From Minisyncoccia bacterium (GTDB lineage: Bacteria; Patescibacteriota; Minisyncoccia; Phycocordibacterales; UBA9973): a stretch of 64,000 bases of DNA. Position numbers and translations under genes: made by a program. The notes beneath the pieces are model-generated. The model saw nothing but the letters and a program-made list of their open reading frames with translations. It did not search any database and had not been told where the DNA came from. The stretch covers positions 14,963 through 78,962 of the forward strand of contig JBGATK010000005.1 in NCBI GenBank assembly GCA_044229265.1, written 5' to 3'. Shown here one piece after another: positions 18,903 through 27,928 of the stretch; position 1 is the first letter of the stretch; each line of letters begins with the position of its first letter.

Positions 18903-19808
18903 TTATAACATATTTAATTTCAAAATTTTGGTGCGGATTTCTTTGCGGAGCCAGAGTTTTGTGGTTTTACCTATGTCGCCATCAAATTTTATATCTATAA
19001 TTTGCGAAAGCAAATCTTTCAAAAAATCACTTTCTGTATAAATATAATTAATTCCTTCCTTTATGCTAGGCACTGAAAGCATCCAATTAATGTTGCCTAT
19101 ATTCTCTAGGGTTTCTTTGATTTCTTTTTGATTTTTTTGAATAAAATTCGCACCGTTCCAAAGCTCAATTTGCGCAAAAGTTATATCGCTAACTATGCCT
19201 TTGGTATCTTCTACTATAGCCTTTATTGGATTTTCCTCTACGGATTTGGTTTGCTCATTAAAGTAATCTTCTTTCCAACTTTTTGGCAAATGAGTATATT
19301 CTTGTAATTCTTTGAAAGCTGATAAATCTCTATCAGTAGTGACGGAGGATTTCAAATCCAAAGTATTTGAAACTATAGCTAAAATAAGTAAATTTGCATT
19401 TAAAAAATCAATTTCTATCTTTTCTTTTTTATATTCTTCCCAAATCAAAGTAGCACAAGCACCTACCATTTCTATTTTAGATTTTTCATTTAAAACATTT
19501 TTCCAATGATCTACAAAACCATATCTATGATCAAAAATCTCTATAATATTATTTTCATTTACTCCACTCGCTATTTGTGCCGGCTCAGAAACATCGACAA
19601 CTACAAACTTGTCCTCCTCCATAATAGAAATTTGTGTTTCAAAATCAATATCCCATTCTAAAATAGAGTTAGTAATACTAGAATTTAAAACACCGGGTAA
19701 ATAAATTTTGTTTTCAATTCCTTTTTCTCTTAATAAATGACTGTAGGCAACAGCACAAGCAAAAGCATCTATATCTGTCCACGACTGTCCTGAAGTTATG
19801 TAAAGCAT
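18903..19808 (-). CDS. DHH-family phosphoesterase (PpaC/exopolyphosphatase-like)
   Basis: TDIDAFA, VVVDVS, IFDHR, VGACATLIWE, IVSNTL. Confidence 0.8.
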   Translation of the reverse strand: MLYITSGQSWTDIDAFACAVAYSHLLREKGIENKIYLPGVLNSSITNSILEWDIDFETQISIMEEDKFVVVDVSEPAQIASGVNENNIIEIFDHRYGFVDHWKNVLNEKSKIEMVGACATLIWEEYKKEKIEIDFLNANLLILAIVSNTLDLKSSVTTDRDLSAFKELQEYTHLPKSWKEDYFNEQTKSVEENPIKAIVEDTKGIVSDITFAQIELWNGANFIQKNQKEIKETLENIGNINWMLSVPSIKEGINYIYTESDFLKDLLSQIIDIKFDGDIGKTTKLWLRKEIRTKILKLNML

Positions 19809-19809
19809 T

Positions 19810-20685
19810 TTACTTTAGATTATTAAAAAGTTTTAAGCGGTTTTCTACTACTTTTTCTACAGCTTCTACTCCATGAATTGCTATTTTATATGGTGCAATT
19901 TCATTTGGATTTTCGTGCATGGCTTTATGCTCTGCTTCTACAAAAGCCTGCCTGATTTCACTGTTGATGTGCACGATAGCTACACCAGATGCTATAGCAT
20001 TTGTAAAATCCTCATCACGAAGTCCGGAACCACCGTGAAGCACGAGTGGCACACCTGCTACTTGCCTTATTTGTTTTGCGAGATCAGAATCTATGTGTGG
20101 TTTACCAGTTTTAATTAAACCATGCACAGAACCGATAGATGGAGCAAGTAAATCTATGCCTGTTTCTTCGACAAATCTTTTTGCATCTTCCATTTTGGTT
20201 AAAACACCAGCACCTTCGGGAATGCTTTCTTTGATATCACTACCTTTACCTATGAATCCCAGTTCTGACTCTACTAAAATATCTCTGCCTGTTTGCATAG
20301 ATACTTGTCGTGCGTAATCCACGCATTTTTTTGCAAGAGCTACATTTTCTTCAAATGGCAAACCTGCACTGTCTATAATCACAGCATCGAAACCTGCATC
20401 GATACATTTCTTTACACTTTCAAAATTTTCATGATGATCAGCGTTTAAAAATATCGGGTAATTATCGCGCTCACGAATTGTTTTAACGAGTGCCACTACT
20501 TCTTCGATACCTAAAAATTTCTCTTCTCCTGGTGATACACCAATAATCACAGGCACACTTAAGTTCTTTGCAGCATTATAAATAGCATGCAAGCCTTCTA
20601 AATTTGAAATATTAAAATGCCCTATAGCCACACCCTTTTCCTCTGCTTCTTTTATATACTCGCGCAGTGATTTTAGTTTTTCCAT
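19810..20685 (-). CDS. fba: Class II fructose-bisphosphate aldolase
   Basis: LNADH, ESELG, APSIGSVHG, LVLHGGSG. Confidence 0.92.
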   Translation of the reverse strand: MEKLKSLREYIKEAEEKGVAIGHFNISNLEGLHAIYNAAKNLSVPVIIGVSPGEEKFLGIEEVVALVKTIRERDNYPIFLNADHHENFESVKKCIDAGFDAVIIDSAGLPFEENVALAKKCVDYARQVSMQTGRDILVESELGFIGKGSDIKESIPEGAGVLTKMEDAKRFVEETGIDLLAPSIGSVHGLIKTGKPHIDSDLAKQIRQVAGVPLVLHGGSGLRDEDFTNAIASGVAIVHINSEIRQAFVEAEHKAMHENPNEIAPYKIAIHGVEAVEKVVENRLKLFNNLK

Positions 20686-20692
20686 GTAAATA

Positions 20693-22180
20693 TTATACAA
20701 GCTCTTTAAGTAATTTCATAACCAATTGTGGATTTGCAGAGCCACCACTCTCTTTGATGACCTTACCTACGAGAGACATAATCGCATTTTCTTTACCACT
20801 TTTATACGTAGCTACAATTTCAGGATTTTCACCAATTATTTTCTGAACTATTTCTTTTAGGGCGCCTTCATCGTTTTGTTGAAGCAGATTTTTCTCTGTC
20901 GCTATCTTCATAGGGCTTTCGTCATTCAAAACTATCATAGCCAAAATGTCTTTTGCTCCGCGTGATGAGATTTTATTTTCGGCAAATAGTGTTATTAACT
21001 CAGCAAAATTTTCAGTACTTGGAATACCAACCTCACCCGACCTACGGCCACCCTCTCCTGTCCAGGAGAGGGGCTGGGGGTGAGGTGAATTTTTAAATAG
21101 ACTTTTCAAGATACCCATCAAATCTGAAGTTATGAAATTCGAAGCGGTTTTAATAGTTTCTTTATTTTTTAATATTTCTGCCACTTCTTCAAACCAAGTT
21201 GCGAGCTCTTTATCATTTATATACACTTCAGTGTCTTCAGCTTTGATGCCGAAATCATTCATGTACCTTGCACGCTTTGCTACTGGTAGTTCTGGAAGTT
21301 CTGACTTCATTCTAACTAGATCAAAAGCCTCATGGAGTCTAAGTTTTGGTAAATCAGGATCTGGGAAATACCTGTAGTCTTCACTACTTTCTTTTTTTCT
21401 CTGCGATATTGTTTTTTGTTTGCCTTCATCCCAGCCACGAGTTTCTTTGACTATCTCACTTTCCCTGCCTTCTTCCCAGAGCTTGATCATTCTATCTACT
21501 TCATGCTTGATAGCCTTCTCTACACTCTTGAAAGAATTTAAATTTTTGACTTCCACATACGCAGACCATTTTTTGTCTTTATCTGGACTGACGGAGACAT
21601 TGGCCTCCACTCGCATTTCACCCTTTTCCATATTTGCATGACTTGCTCCCAAATATTGCAAAAGCAACTGATACTCTTTAGCAAAATTACTTGCCACACG
21701 AGAAGCTTCGTCAACACTTTCGAAAGTATGAGGCTCGGTAACGAGCTCTGAGAGTGGCACACCTGCACGATTGAAATCTATCAAAGAATTTTCACCCACA
21801 TGCTTGTTATTCCCTGTGTCTTCTTCTAAATGCACGCGAGTTATGTCCATGTCTGCCAATTTGCCACCCTTCACTATCGGGTATTTATACTGCGAGATCT
21901 GATAGCCCTTGGGTATGTCAGGATAAAAATAATTCTTGCGATCGAATTCAGAAAAGTCGGCTATTTCACCATTTACCGCTAGCCCTATTTGAATCATCTT
22001 TTCTATAGCACCCTTATTCGGCACAGGCAAAGTTCCTGGGTGCGCCATACATACTGGGCAGACATTTTTATTTGGCTTCTCCTCCTCTGGATCATTCTTG
22101 CAAGAGCAAAACATCTTGGTTCTAGTCGCCAGTTCCGCGTGAATCTCGAGCCCTATAGTTGTGTAATACTTTTTCTCCAT
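20693..22180 (-). CDS. gatB: Asp/Glu-tRNA amidotransferase subunit B
   Basis: IGLEIH, DRKNYFYPD, HLEED, DYRYFPDPDL; carries a palindromic in-frame insert. Confidence 0.97.
   Translation of the reverse strand: MEKKYYTTIGLEIHAELATRTKMFCSCKNDPEEEKPNKNVCPVCMAHPGTLPVPNKGAIEKMIQIGLAVNGEIADFSEFDRKNYFYPDIPKGYQISQYKYPIVKGGKLADMDITRVHLEEDTGNNKHVGENSLIDFNRAGVPLSELVTEPHTFESVDEASRVASNFAKEYQLLLQYLGASHANMEKGEMRVEANVSVSPDKDKKWSAYVEVKNLNSFKSVEKAIKHEVDRMIKLWEEGRESEIVKETRGWDEGKQKTISQRKKESSEDYRYFPDPDLPKLRLHEAFDLVRMKSELPELPVAKRARYMNDFGIKAEDTEVYINDKELATWFEEVAEILKNKETIKTASNFITSDLMGILKSLFKNSPHPQPLSWTGEGGRRSGEVGIPSTENFAELITLFAENKISSRGAKDILAMIVLNDESPMKIATEKNLLQQNDEGALKEIVQKIIGENPEIVATYKSGKENAIMSLVGKVIKESGGSANPQLVMKLLKELV
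21030..21086. repeat. BoxC-like nested palindrome in frame in gatB
   Basis: ACCTCACCC...GGGTGAGGT outer arms; CCCTCTCCTG-tc-CAGGAGAGGG inner arms; encodes SPHPQPLSWTGEGGRRSGEV. Confidence 0.85.
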
Positions 22181-22183
22181 AAA

Positions 22184-23179
22184 TTATTTCCCTAAAATTT
22201 TTGATAATTCGTGTTTGAATTCTTCTACTGAGGCATCATCGTAAAGAGACAATGTAAAAACTTGTTTTTTAAGTTTTGCAAATTCTTTTTTGATTTTCTC
22301 TATTTTCTTTGCATCGGGTATCATATCTGTTTTAGTCAGGATTATGATTTCTTCTTTATGTGCCAAACCATCATCATTTATTAAATTATTTTTCTTATCG
22401 TATTCTTCGAGCTCATTGCGTATTTCTTTGTAAACTTTCATTGGCTCAGCATTTTCTAGAGACACGAGGTGTGCAAGCATTTTAGTTCTTTTTATATGTC
22501 GCAAAAACTTTATACCGAGGCCTTTACCTTCGGATGCTCCTTCGATAAGTCCTGGCAAGTCTGCCAGAATATGACCAAAGAAATCTCCTAGATTTGGATC
22601 AAGAGTAGTGAAAGCATAATTACCTACTTTTGCTTGTGCATTAGTTATAGAATTAAGAAGTGATGATTTCCCTGCATTAGGCAAACCAACTAAACCAACA
22701 TCAGCAAAAAGTTCAAGTTCTACGTGAAAGTTTGCATGCTCTCCGTCTTGTCCATTGTTCTGTTCTATAGGAGTAGTATTTACAGAACTTTTAAAATGCT
22801 CATTGCCATAACCACCGTAGCCACCTTTTAATATCAAAAACCTTTCTTCAGGATTATTTAATTCCCATTTTTCGCCCGAGTCAATATTAGTCACAATAGA
22901 GCCAATAGGAAGTTTCAAAACGAAGTTTTCACCATTTTTACCATGCAAACTTTTTTTACCACCATCCTCACCGCGCTCGGCTATAAATTCATTCTTATGT
23001 CTATAATGAGCGAGTATACCGATATCGCGAACAGCTTCTATGTAAAAATCCCCGCCCCTGCCACCATCGCCACCTGCGGGCCCACCCCTAGGTACGAATT
23101 TTTCTTGGCGCCAGCGCACCACACCATCGCCACCCCTGCCTGCTTCTCCGTAAAAATTTAATTCATCTATAAATGCCAT
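22184..23179 (-). CDS. obgE: GTPase ObgE
   Basis: Gly-rich Obg fold, GLPNAGKS, YAFTTL, DLPGLIEGA, TKTD. Confidence 0.97.
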   Translation of the reverse strand: MAFIDELNFYGEAGRGGDGVVRWRQEKFVPRGGPAGGDGGRGGDFYIEAVRDIGILAHYRHKNEFIAERGEDGGKKSLHGKNGENFVLKLPIGSIVTNIDSGEKWELNNPEERFLILKGGYGGYGNEHFKSSVNTTPIEQNNGQDGEHANFHVELELFADVGLVGLPNAGKSSLLNSITNAQAKVGNYAFTTLDPNLGDFFGHILADLPGLIEGASEGKGLGIKFLRHIKRTKMLAHLVSLENAEPMKVYKEIRNELEEYDKKNNLINDDGLAHKEEIIILTKTDMIPDAKKIEKIKKEFAKLKKQVFTLSLYDDASVEEFKHELSKILGK

Positions 23180-23189
23180 AAAATTGATA

Positions 23190-24113
23190 TTAGTTTAATA
23201 AAGCTTTCTCTGCAAATTCTATTGCATGTTCTTTTGAATCCAAATTTGCTAAATAACCATTATTGTGAACAAAAAAAATTCCCTCTATACCTTCTATCGA
23301 AGCTGTAAGATTTTCTTCAGATCTAATAAATCCACGCCAAGATTCTGGAAATGGTTTTCGGCTCTCCATCACTCCTGGGCTTTTACTAATAGCTTCTACT
23401 TTCCAGTTTGTACTGTGTCCGCTTGGATAGACTAAATAAATAGGCTCAGGAAAACTTGAAAGAACACTTTGGTATAAATATCTAGGGAATGAAGTTTCTA
23501 AAAAAATTATTCTTTTATCCTCAGCTTTTTCGTAAGCTGTTTTTATAATTTCTCTACCCTCAGCATCATCTAAGGCAACCATAATTTCGCGCTTTAAAAG
23601 TTCTACGACTTTTTTTACTTGTTCAAAAAAAACATGATCTGTAGCATTTGCATCTTCTTTCCAGGTAGGTTCAAAAATAGAAAATACTCTCGCCCCAGGA
23701 TATGGCTTTACATCATGAAATTTAAGTTCGCCTATATCTACACCATTATCATTTGCATCTATGGGACTCGCTATTTCCTCATCGATAATTTTCCAAGCAT
23801 CCATATTTCCAGCGCAAAGTTTTAAGCCAAAATGTTTCCAAACCAAACCGAAAGATGCATAAGGTATGCCATTTGACCTTACACCTGCACCACCTTTTTG
23901 ATGGTGGTCGTATCTATTTGTATCAGGATTATATTCCCCGCCCACATCGAAAACATAATCAGCATTTTTTATCATTTCCAAATCACGAGTGCGGATTATT
24001 TCAAAAGGCGTATTTTCATTTTGCATTACTAAGGCAAGAACACCTGCAGCAAAAAGATCGTCTGCATGAAAAGTGCCATTATGTGTTATTAATTTTTTTT
24101 TATTATTTTCCAT
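23190..24113 (-). CDS. MYG1 family exonuclease
   Basis: THNGTFHADD, DVGG, YDHHQ, YASFGLVWKHFG, IDANDNG. Confidence 0.92.
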   Translation of the reverse strand: MENNKKKLITHNGTFHADDLFAAGVLALVMQNENTPFEIIRTRDLEMIKNADYVFDVGGEYNPDTNRYDHHQKGGAGVRSNGIPYASFGLVWKHFGLKLCAGNMDAWKIIDEEIASPIDANDNGVDIGELKFHDVKPYPGARVFSIFEPTWKEDANATDHVFFEQVKKVVELLKREIMVALDDAEGREIIKTAYEKAEDKRIIFLETSFPRYLYQSVLSSFPEPIYLVYPSGHSTNWKVEAISKSPGVMESRKPFPESWRGFIRSEENLTASIEGIEGIFFVHNNGYLANLDSKEHAIEFAEKALLN

Positions 24114-24118
24114 CCAAT

Positions 24119-24571
24119 TTAAAATAAACCGTCAACTACTTCCTTAACTACATTTCCATCAGCCTTGCCTTTCAGATCACGCATCATAGCTGCCATAAGC
24201 ACACCTTTTTTACTAGCATCTTCGATATTTAATTCAAATTTTTTTGCGAGGGCTATGCCTTCTATCTCGCTCCTGTCCATCATTTTCGGTAAATATTGTT
24301 CGAGAATTTTTAATTGAGCCTCTTCTTCTGCTACCAAATCTTCGCGTCCACCTTTAGTGAATTGCTCTATACTATCTTTGCGTTGTTTGGCTGTACGCAT
24401 TATTACTGCTAAGACTTCTTCATCATTTAATAAATCTTGCGGAGTTTTGCCTTTAGCTACAACTTCGTTCATCATAGCGGTCGAGAGAGCACGCATAACT
24501 TCAAGACGAACTTTGTCTTTCGCCATCATCGCTTCTTTTATATTTGATTTTATTTGTTCATGTAAGTTCAT
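24119..24571 (-). CDS. GatB/YqeY domain protein
   Basis: AMMAKD, KQRKDSIEQF..GGREDL, YLPK, GKADG. Confidence 0.92.
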   Translation of the reverse strand: MNLHEQIKSNIKEAMMAKDKVRLEVMRALSTAMMNEVVAKGKTPQDLLNDEEVLAVIMRTAKQRKDSIEQFTKGGREDLVAEEEAQLKILEQYLPKMMDRSEIEGIALAKKFELNIEDASKKGVLMAAMMRDLKGKADGNVVKEVVDGLF

Positions 24572-24610
24572 ATAGTCATTATAGCAAATTATGTTAAAAT
24601 ATAGAAACTT

Positions 24611-24639
24611 GTCCCGTACTAAAATTTTGATTACGGGAT
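24611..24639. repeat. Intergenic hairpin GTCCCGTA-N13-TACGGGAT
   Basis: Inverted repeat between the divergent yqeY and exonuclease genes. Confidence 0.5.
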
Positions 24640-24679
24640 ATGGCCGACATTTATTAACTTTTAAATTTTAAGTACTGGG

Positions 24680-25399
24680 ATGAATAAGAAAATAATATTT
24701 TTTGATACTGAAACTACTGGTAATACAGACAAAGATTTTATTTGCCAAATTGCCTATATGAATGATGGGGAAAAATTTGAGGCATTATACAAGCCTGAAA
24801 ATAAAATTCCCCCAGAAGCATCTGCTGTGCACCATATAACAAACAAAATGGTGGCTGATAAGCCTGCCTTTAAAGAAAGTACTGATTATAAAAAAATCAA
24901 AGAACTTTTTGAAGATACCAATACTGTAGCTGTAGCCCACAATGCCCTTTTTGATATTGCTATGTTTAAAAAAGAAGGTATTGAAATAAAAAACTTTATC
25001 TGCACACTTCGCTTAGCACGTGCCCTCGACCCCGAAGAAAAGATAGAACGCTACAATCTGCAATATTTGCGCTACCTCCTTGAAATAGAAGTCGAAGCAC
25101 AAGCTCATGATGCTATGGGCGACGTTATGGTCCTCGAGCAACTTTTCGGTAGACTTAAGAAAAAAATTATCGAAAGTGAAAATTTGAGCGAAGAAGAAGC
25201 CATAAATAAAATGCTGGAAATTTCCAGCCGTCCATCACTCCTGCGTACTATTCGTTTTGGTAAACATGCAGGTAAAAAAATGGAAGAAATACTAAAAATA
25301 GATCGCGGATACCTCGAATGGCTTTACGGTGAAAAGATCAAAGAAGAATCTCCTGACGAAGATTGGATATATACGCTGAAATATTATTTGGGGAAATAA
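24680..25399 (+). CDS. DEDDh 3'-5' exonuclease (DnaQ/ExoX-like)
   Basis: FFDTETTG, AHNALFD, AHDAMGD, C-terminal FGKH.G...YLEWL. Confidence 0.9.
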   Translation: MNKKIIFFDTETTGNTDKDFICQIAYMNDGEKFEALYKPENKIPPEASAVHHITNKMVADKPAFKESTDYKKIKELFEDTNTVAVAHNALFDIAMFKKEGIEIKNFICTLRLARALDPEEKIERYNLQYLRYLLEIEVEAQAHDAMGDVMVLEQLFGRLKKKIIESENLSEEEAINKMLEISSRPSLLRTIRFGKHAGKKMEEILKIDRGYLEWLYGEKIKEESPDEDWIYTLKYYLGK

Positions 25400-25443
25400 A
25401 AAAAGGCCGTAGCGTGCGCTCGTGCCTTAAAATCTTTTTTTGG

Positions 25444-25608
25444 TTATTTTCTAAAATCAAATAACCAAACTAATGGATACAACCACCAACCAAAGATAAA
25501 CGCAAATCTATATTTAAACTGATTTAATCTTCGATCTTTTTCATCTTGAATCTCAATCAAGATTGCAGTGATCCCTAAATAAACAAGAATAAAAGTTGCT
25601 ATTTCCAT
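25444..25608 (-). CDS. Small hypothetical membrane protein (54 aa)
   Basis: Manual translation MEIATFILVYLGITAILIEIQDEKDRRLNQFKYRFAFIFGWWLYPLVWLFDFRK; starts 1 nt after the upstream stop. Confidence 0.55.
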   Translation of the reverse strand: MEIATFILVYLGITAILIEIQDEKDRRLNQFKYRFAFIFGWWLYPLVWLFDFRK

Positions 25609-25609
25609 A

Positions 25610-26029
25610 TTACAAAATTTTCTTTTTGAAAGGAATAAAAACTCCCGCCGATAATACTACCTGCATTTTCCTCTCATAGAGAGTTCCAAGCTCTAAAAAA
25701 AGAGCTGCCTGAGTTTTTGGGACTGGAAAGGTATGGCCAATTCCTAAAAAATTACTTTCTCCTGCAGTATTTACCAAATGCACCGCATACCAATTTTCGT
25801 ATATGAATGCATTTACTAAATTATCCGTAAGAACAGTATACCCTCCTGCTATGGTTATTTTTTCAGAAATTTGATACCAAACCAAAGTATGGACTGGGTT
25901 GAATTGCTTTGGTTTTTTAAAATCCACAGTATATATTTGTGGAGCTAAATTAATCCCAATTGAAAGTTTCTGCGCACTAAGGTTTAAACCGAAAGCACAA
26001 AATAAAAAGAGAAAACAAATATTTTTCAT
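25610..26029 (-). CDS. Secreted beta-rich hypothetical protein
   Basis: Signal peptide ending LSA-Q; alternating amphipathic strands; upstream TTGACA promoter. Confidence 0.65.
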   Translation of the reverse strand: MKNICFLFLFCAFGLNLSAQKLSIGINLAPQIYTVDFKKPKQFNPVHTLVWYQISEKITIAGGYTVLTDNLVNAFIYENWYAVHLVNTAGESNFLGIGHTFPVPKTQAALFLELGTLYERKMQVVLSAGVFIPFKKKIL

Positions 26030-26134
26030 GGTAAATTTTTTAAAGGTGAAAGGAAAAATTCAAATATAAACTAGCACGAGAATTTATATTTGTCAACCCT
26101 ATTTTGCTTAGTAAAATATTGCTAAAATGTATAG

Positions 26135-27196
26135 ATGGAAAATATTATCGGTATTTTAATAGCATTTTTGATTGGAGGCATTATTGCCTTTTTTGTGTTT
26201 TATAAAAAAAGCAATGTTGCAAGTGAAGAAAAAAAAGATGACATCGGCCTACAGCTAATACTCACCCAGCTCAATGAACTCGCGAGGACTGTGGATAATA
26301 AGATAGGAGAAAGCCATAAACAAGTGCGCGATAGTTTGCAATTCCATTCTAGTGAATCAAATAAAATCATCCGTGATGTGACAGAGAAACTTACGAGACT
26401 CGATGAGACGAATAAGCAAGTCATCTCCTTTGCTGACCAACTGCAAAGCCTAGAAAACATTTTGAAAAATCCAAAACAACGCGGAATCCTCGGTGAATAT
26501 TATCTCGAAACTGTCCTCAAAAATGTCCTCCCCCCTGGCTCATACCAAATGCAATACCCCTTCCCAGACGGCACCATAGTCGACGCTGTAGTATTTGTGA
26601 AAGACAAGATCATCCCTATCGACTCCAAATTCTCGCTTGAAAATTACAATAAAATGATAGAGGAGAATAATGAAGCCGAGAAGAAAAAGCTCGAAACTAT
26701 ATTTGTAAATGATTTAAAAAATCGTATTACCGAGACAGCTAAATACATTCAGCCAAATGAAGGCACTACAGACTTTGCTTTTATGTTTATTCCACACGAA
26801 GCTATATATTACGATTTAATAACAAATAAAATTGGTGGCTTAAAAGACGAAGAAAATGAGACTTTAATTCAACGCGCTTCTGGCAAATATAAAGTCATCA
26901 TCACTAGCCCCACATCATTTCTCGCATACCTCCAAACAGTCTTGCAAGGCCTTAAAGCAATGCAAATAGAAGAGAGTGCAAAAGAGATAATCAAGCGTGT
27001 CGAAGAGCTAGGCAAGCACTTAAAAAGCTACGATGAATACCATACCAAGCTCGGCAACTCACTCTCGACAGTGGTAAACCATTACAATGCTTCAAATAAA
27101 GAGCTGAAAAAGATAGATAAAGACGTCTTGCGTATAGCTGGCGCAAGCCCCGAGCTCTCGTCCCTTTCCATAGATAAGCCTCGCGAGGAAGAATAA
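26135..27196 (+). CDS. rmuC: DNA recombination protein RmuC
   Basis: N-terminal TM, NPKQRGILGE, IDSKFSL, FAFMFIPHE, TSPTS. Confidence 0.93.
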   Translation: MENIIGILIAFLIGGIIAFFVFYKKSNVASEEKKDDIGLQLILTQLNELARTVDNKIGESHKQVRDSLQFHSSESNKIIRDVTEKLTRLDETNKQVISFADQLQSLENILKNPKQRGILGEYYLETVLKNVLPPGSYQMQYPFPDGTIVDAVVFVKDKIIPIDSKFSLENYNKMIEENNEAEKKKLETIFVNDLKNRITETAKYIQPNEGTTDFAFMFIPHEAIYYDLITNKIGGLKDEENETLIQRASGKYKVIITSPTSFLAYLQTVLQGLKAMQIEESAKEIIKRVEELGKHLKSYDEYHTKLGNSLSTVVNHYNASNKELKKIDKDVLRIAGASPELSSLSIDKPREEE

Positions 27197-27209
27197 AAAC
27201 AGAAAAAAC

Positions 27210-27237
27210 TTGACATTTTCTACAGAAAGAGTATAAT
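27210..27237 (+). promoter_or_regulatory. Consensus sigma70 promoter TTGACA-N16-TATAAT
   Basis: TTGACATTTTCTACAGAAAGAGTATAAT. Confidence 0.65.
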
Positions 27238-27408
27238 ATTGACTATATATGCTATTTGTGTTGATATTTATATCAAAACAAAGTTGACAATTTTTTTAAC
27301 CAAAAAAATCCTTCTACATGAAGAAAGCTAAACCTCCTCCCTGTTGTAGTAAAAAACCTATAACTACACCTAACTAAAATTATTTTCTTTTTTTAAAAAA
27401 ACTCAAAC

Positions 27409-27708
27409 ATGACAGCAGTTCATTTAGCCTTGCGGATCAAGGATGATCCAAAAAATCACATATTAGCGGTTAATAATTTTACTAGCGACCCCAAAAACCA
27501 AATTCCTTCCAACTTTAGCGAGCTACACCAGACCTTAAAATTTATAGCCCAACAAAAAAAGGAATCTATAGATGCTAAGAAAACAATTAGTTATCTAGCT
27601 AAAGAAGCCGTAAAGGCTACCGAAGCTGGATTACTCCAGGATGCTCTAAATTTACGCAAAAAAATTACTGGATTAATGCCAGTTGCTTTTGCAACAAATT
27701 TAGCTTAG
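27409..27708 (+). CDS. Hypothetical protein
   Basis: 99-aa ORF between a consensus promoter and a terminator. Confidence 0.55.
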   Translation: MTAVHLALRIKDDPKNHILAVNNFTSDPKNQIPSNFSELHQTLKFIAQQKKESIDAKKTISYLAKEAVKATEAGLLQDALNLRKKITGLMPVAFATNLA

Positions 27709-27740
27709 CAATGTAAAAGTTTTATTTAAACATCACCTAA

Positions 27741-27771
27741 CAGCGTCTCTATCGAGGCGCTGTGTTTTTTT
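27741..27771 (+). terminator. Intrinsic terminator
   Basis: CAGCGTCTC-tatc-GAGGCGCTG followed by a T run. Confidence 0.75.
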
Positions 27772-27803
27772 ATTTAATTTTTTGTGTTATATTATTTTCT
27801 ATT

Positions 27804-27875
27804 GGCTCTATCGTCTAACGGTTAGGACACATCCTTCTCAAGGATGGAATCAGGGTTCGATTCCCTGTAGAGTCA
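27804..27875 (+). tRNA. tRNA-Glu(CTC)
   Basis: Cloverleaf GGCTCTA/TAGAGTC; anticodon arm CATCC-TTCTCAA-GGATG; T arm CAGGG-TTCGATT-CCCTG; CCA not encoded. Confidence 0.95.
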
Positions 27876-27928
27876 CAAATCCAATTTTCAGGTGTTCGAC
27901 ACCCGATAAGCTATATTTTATAAGGGTT

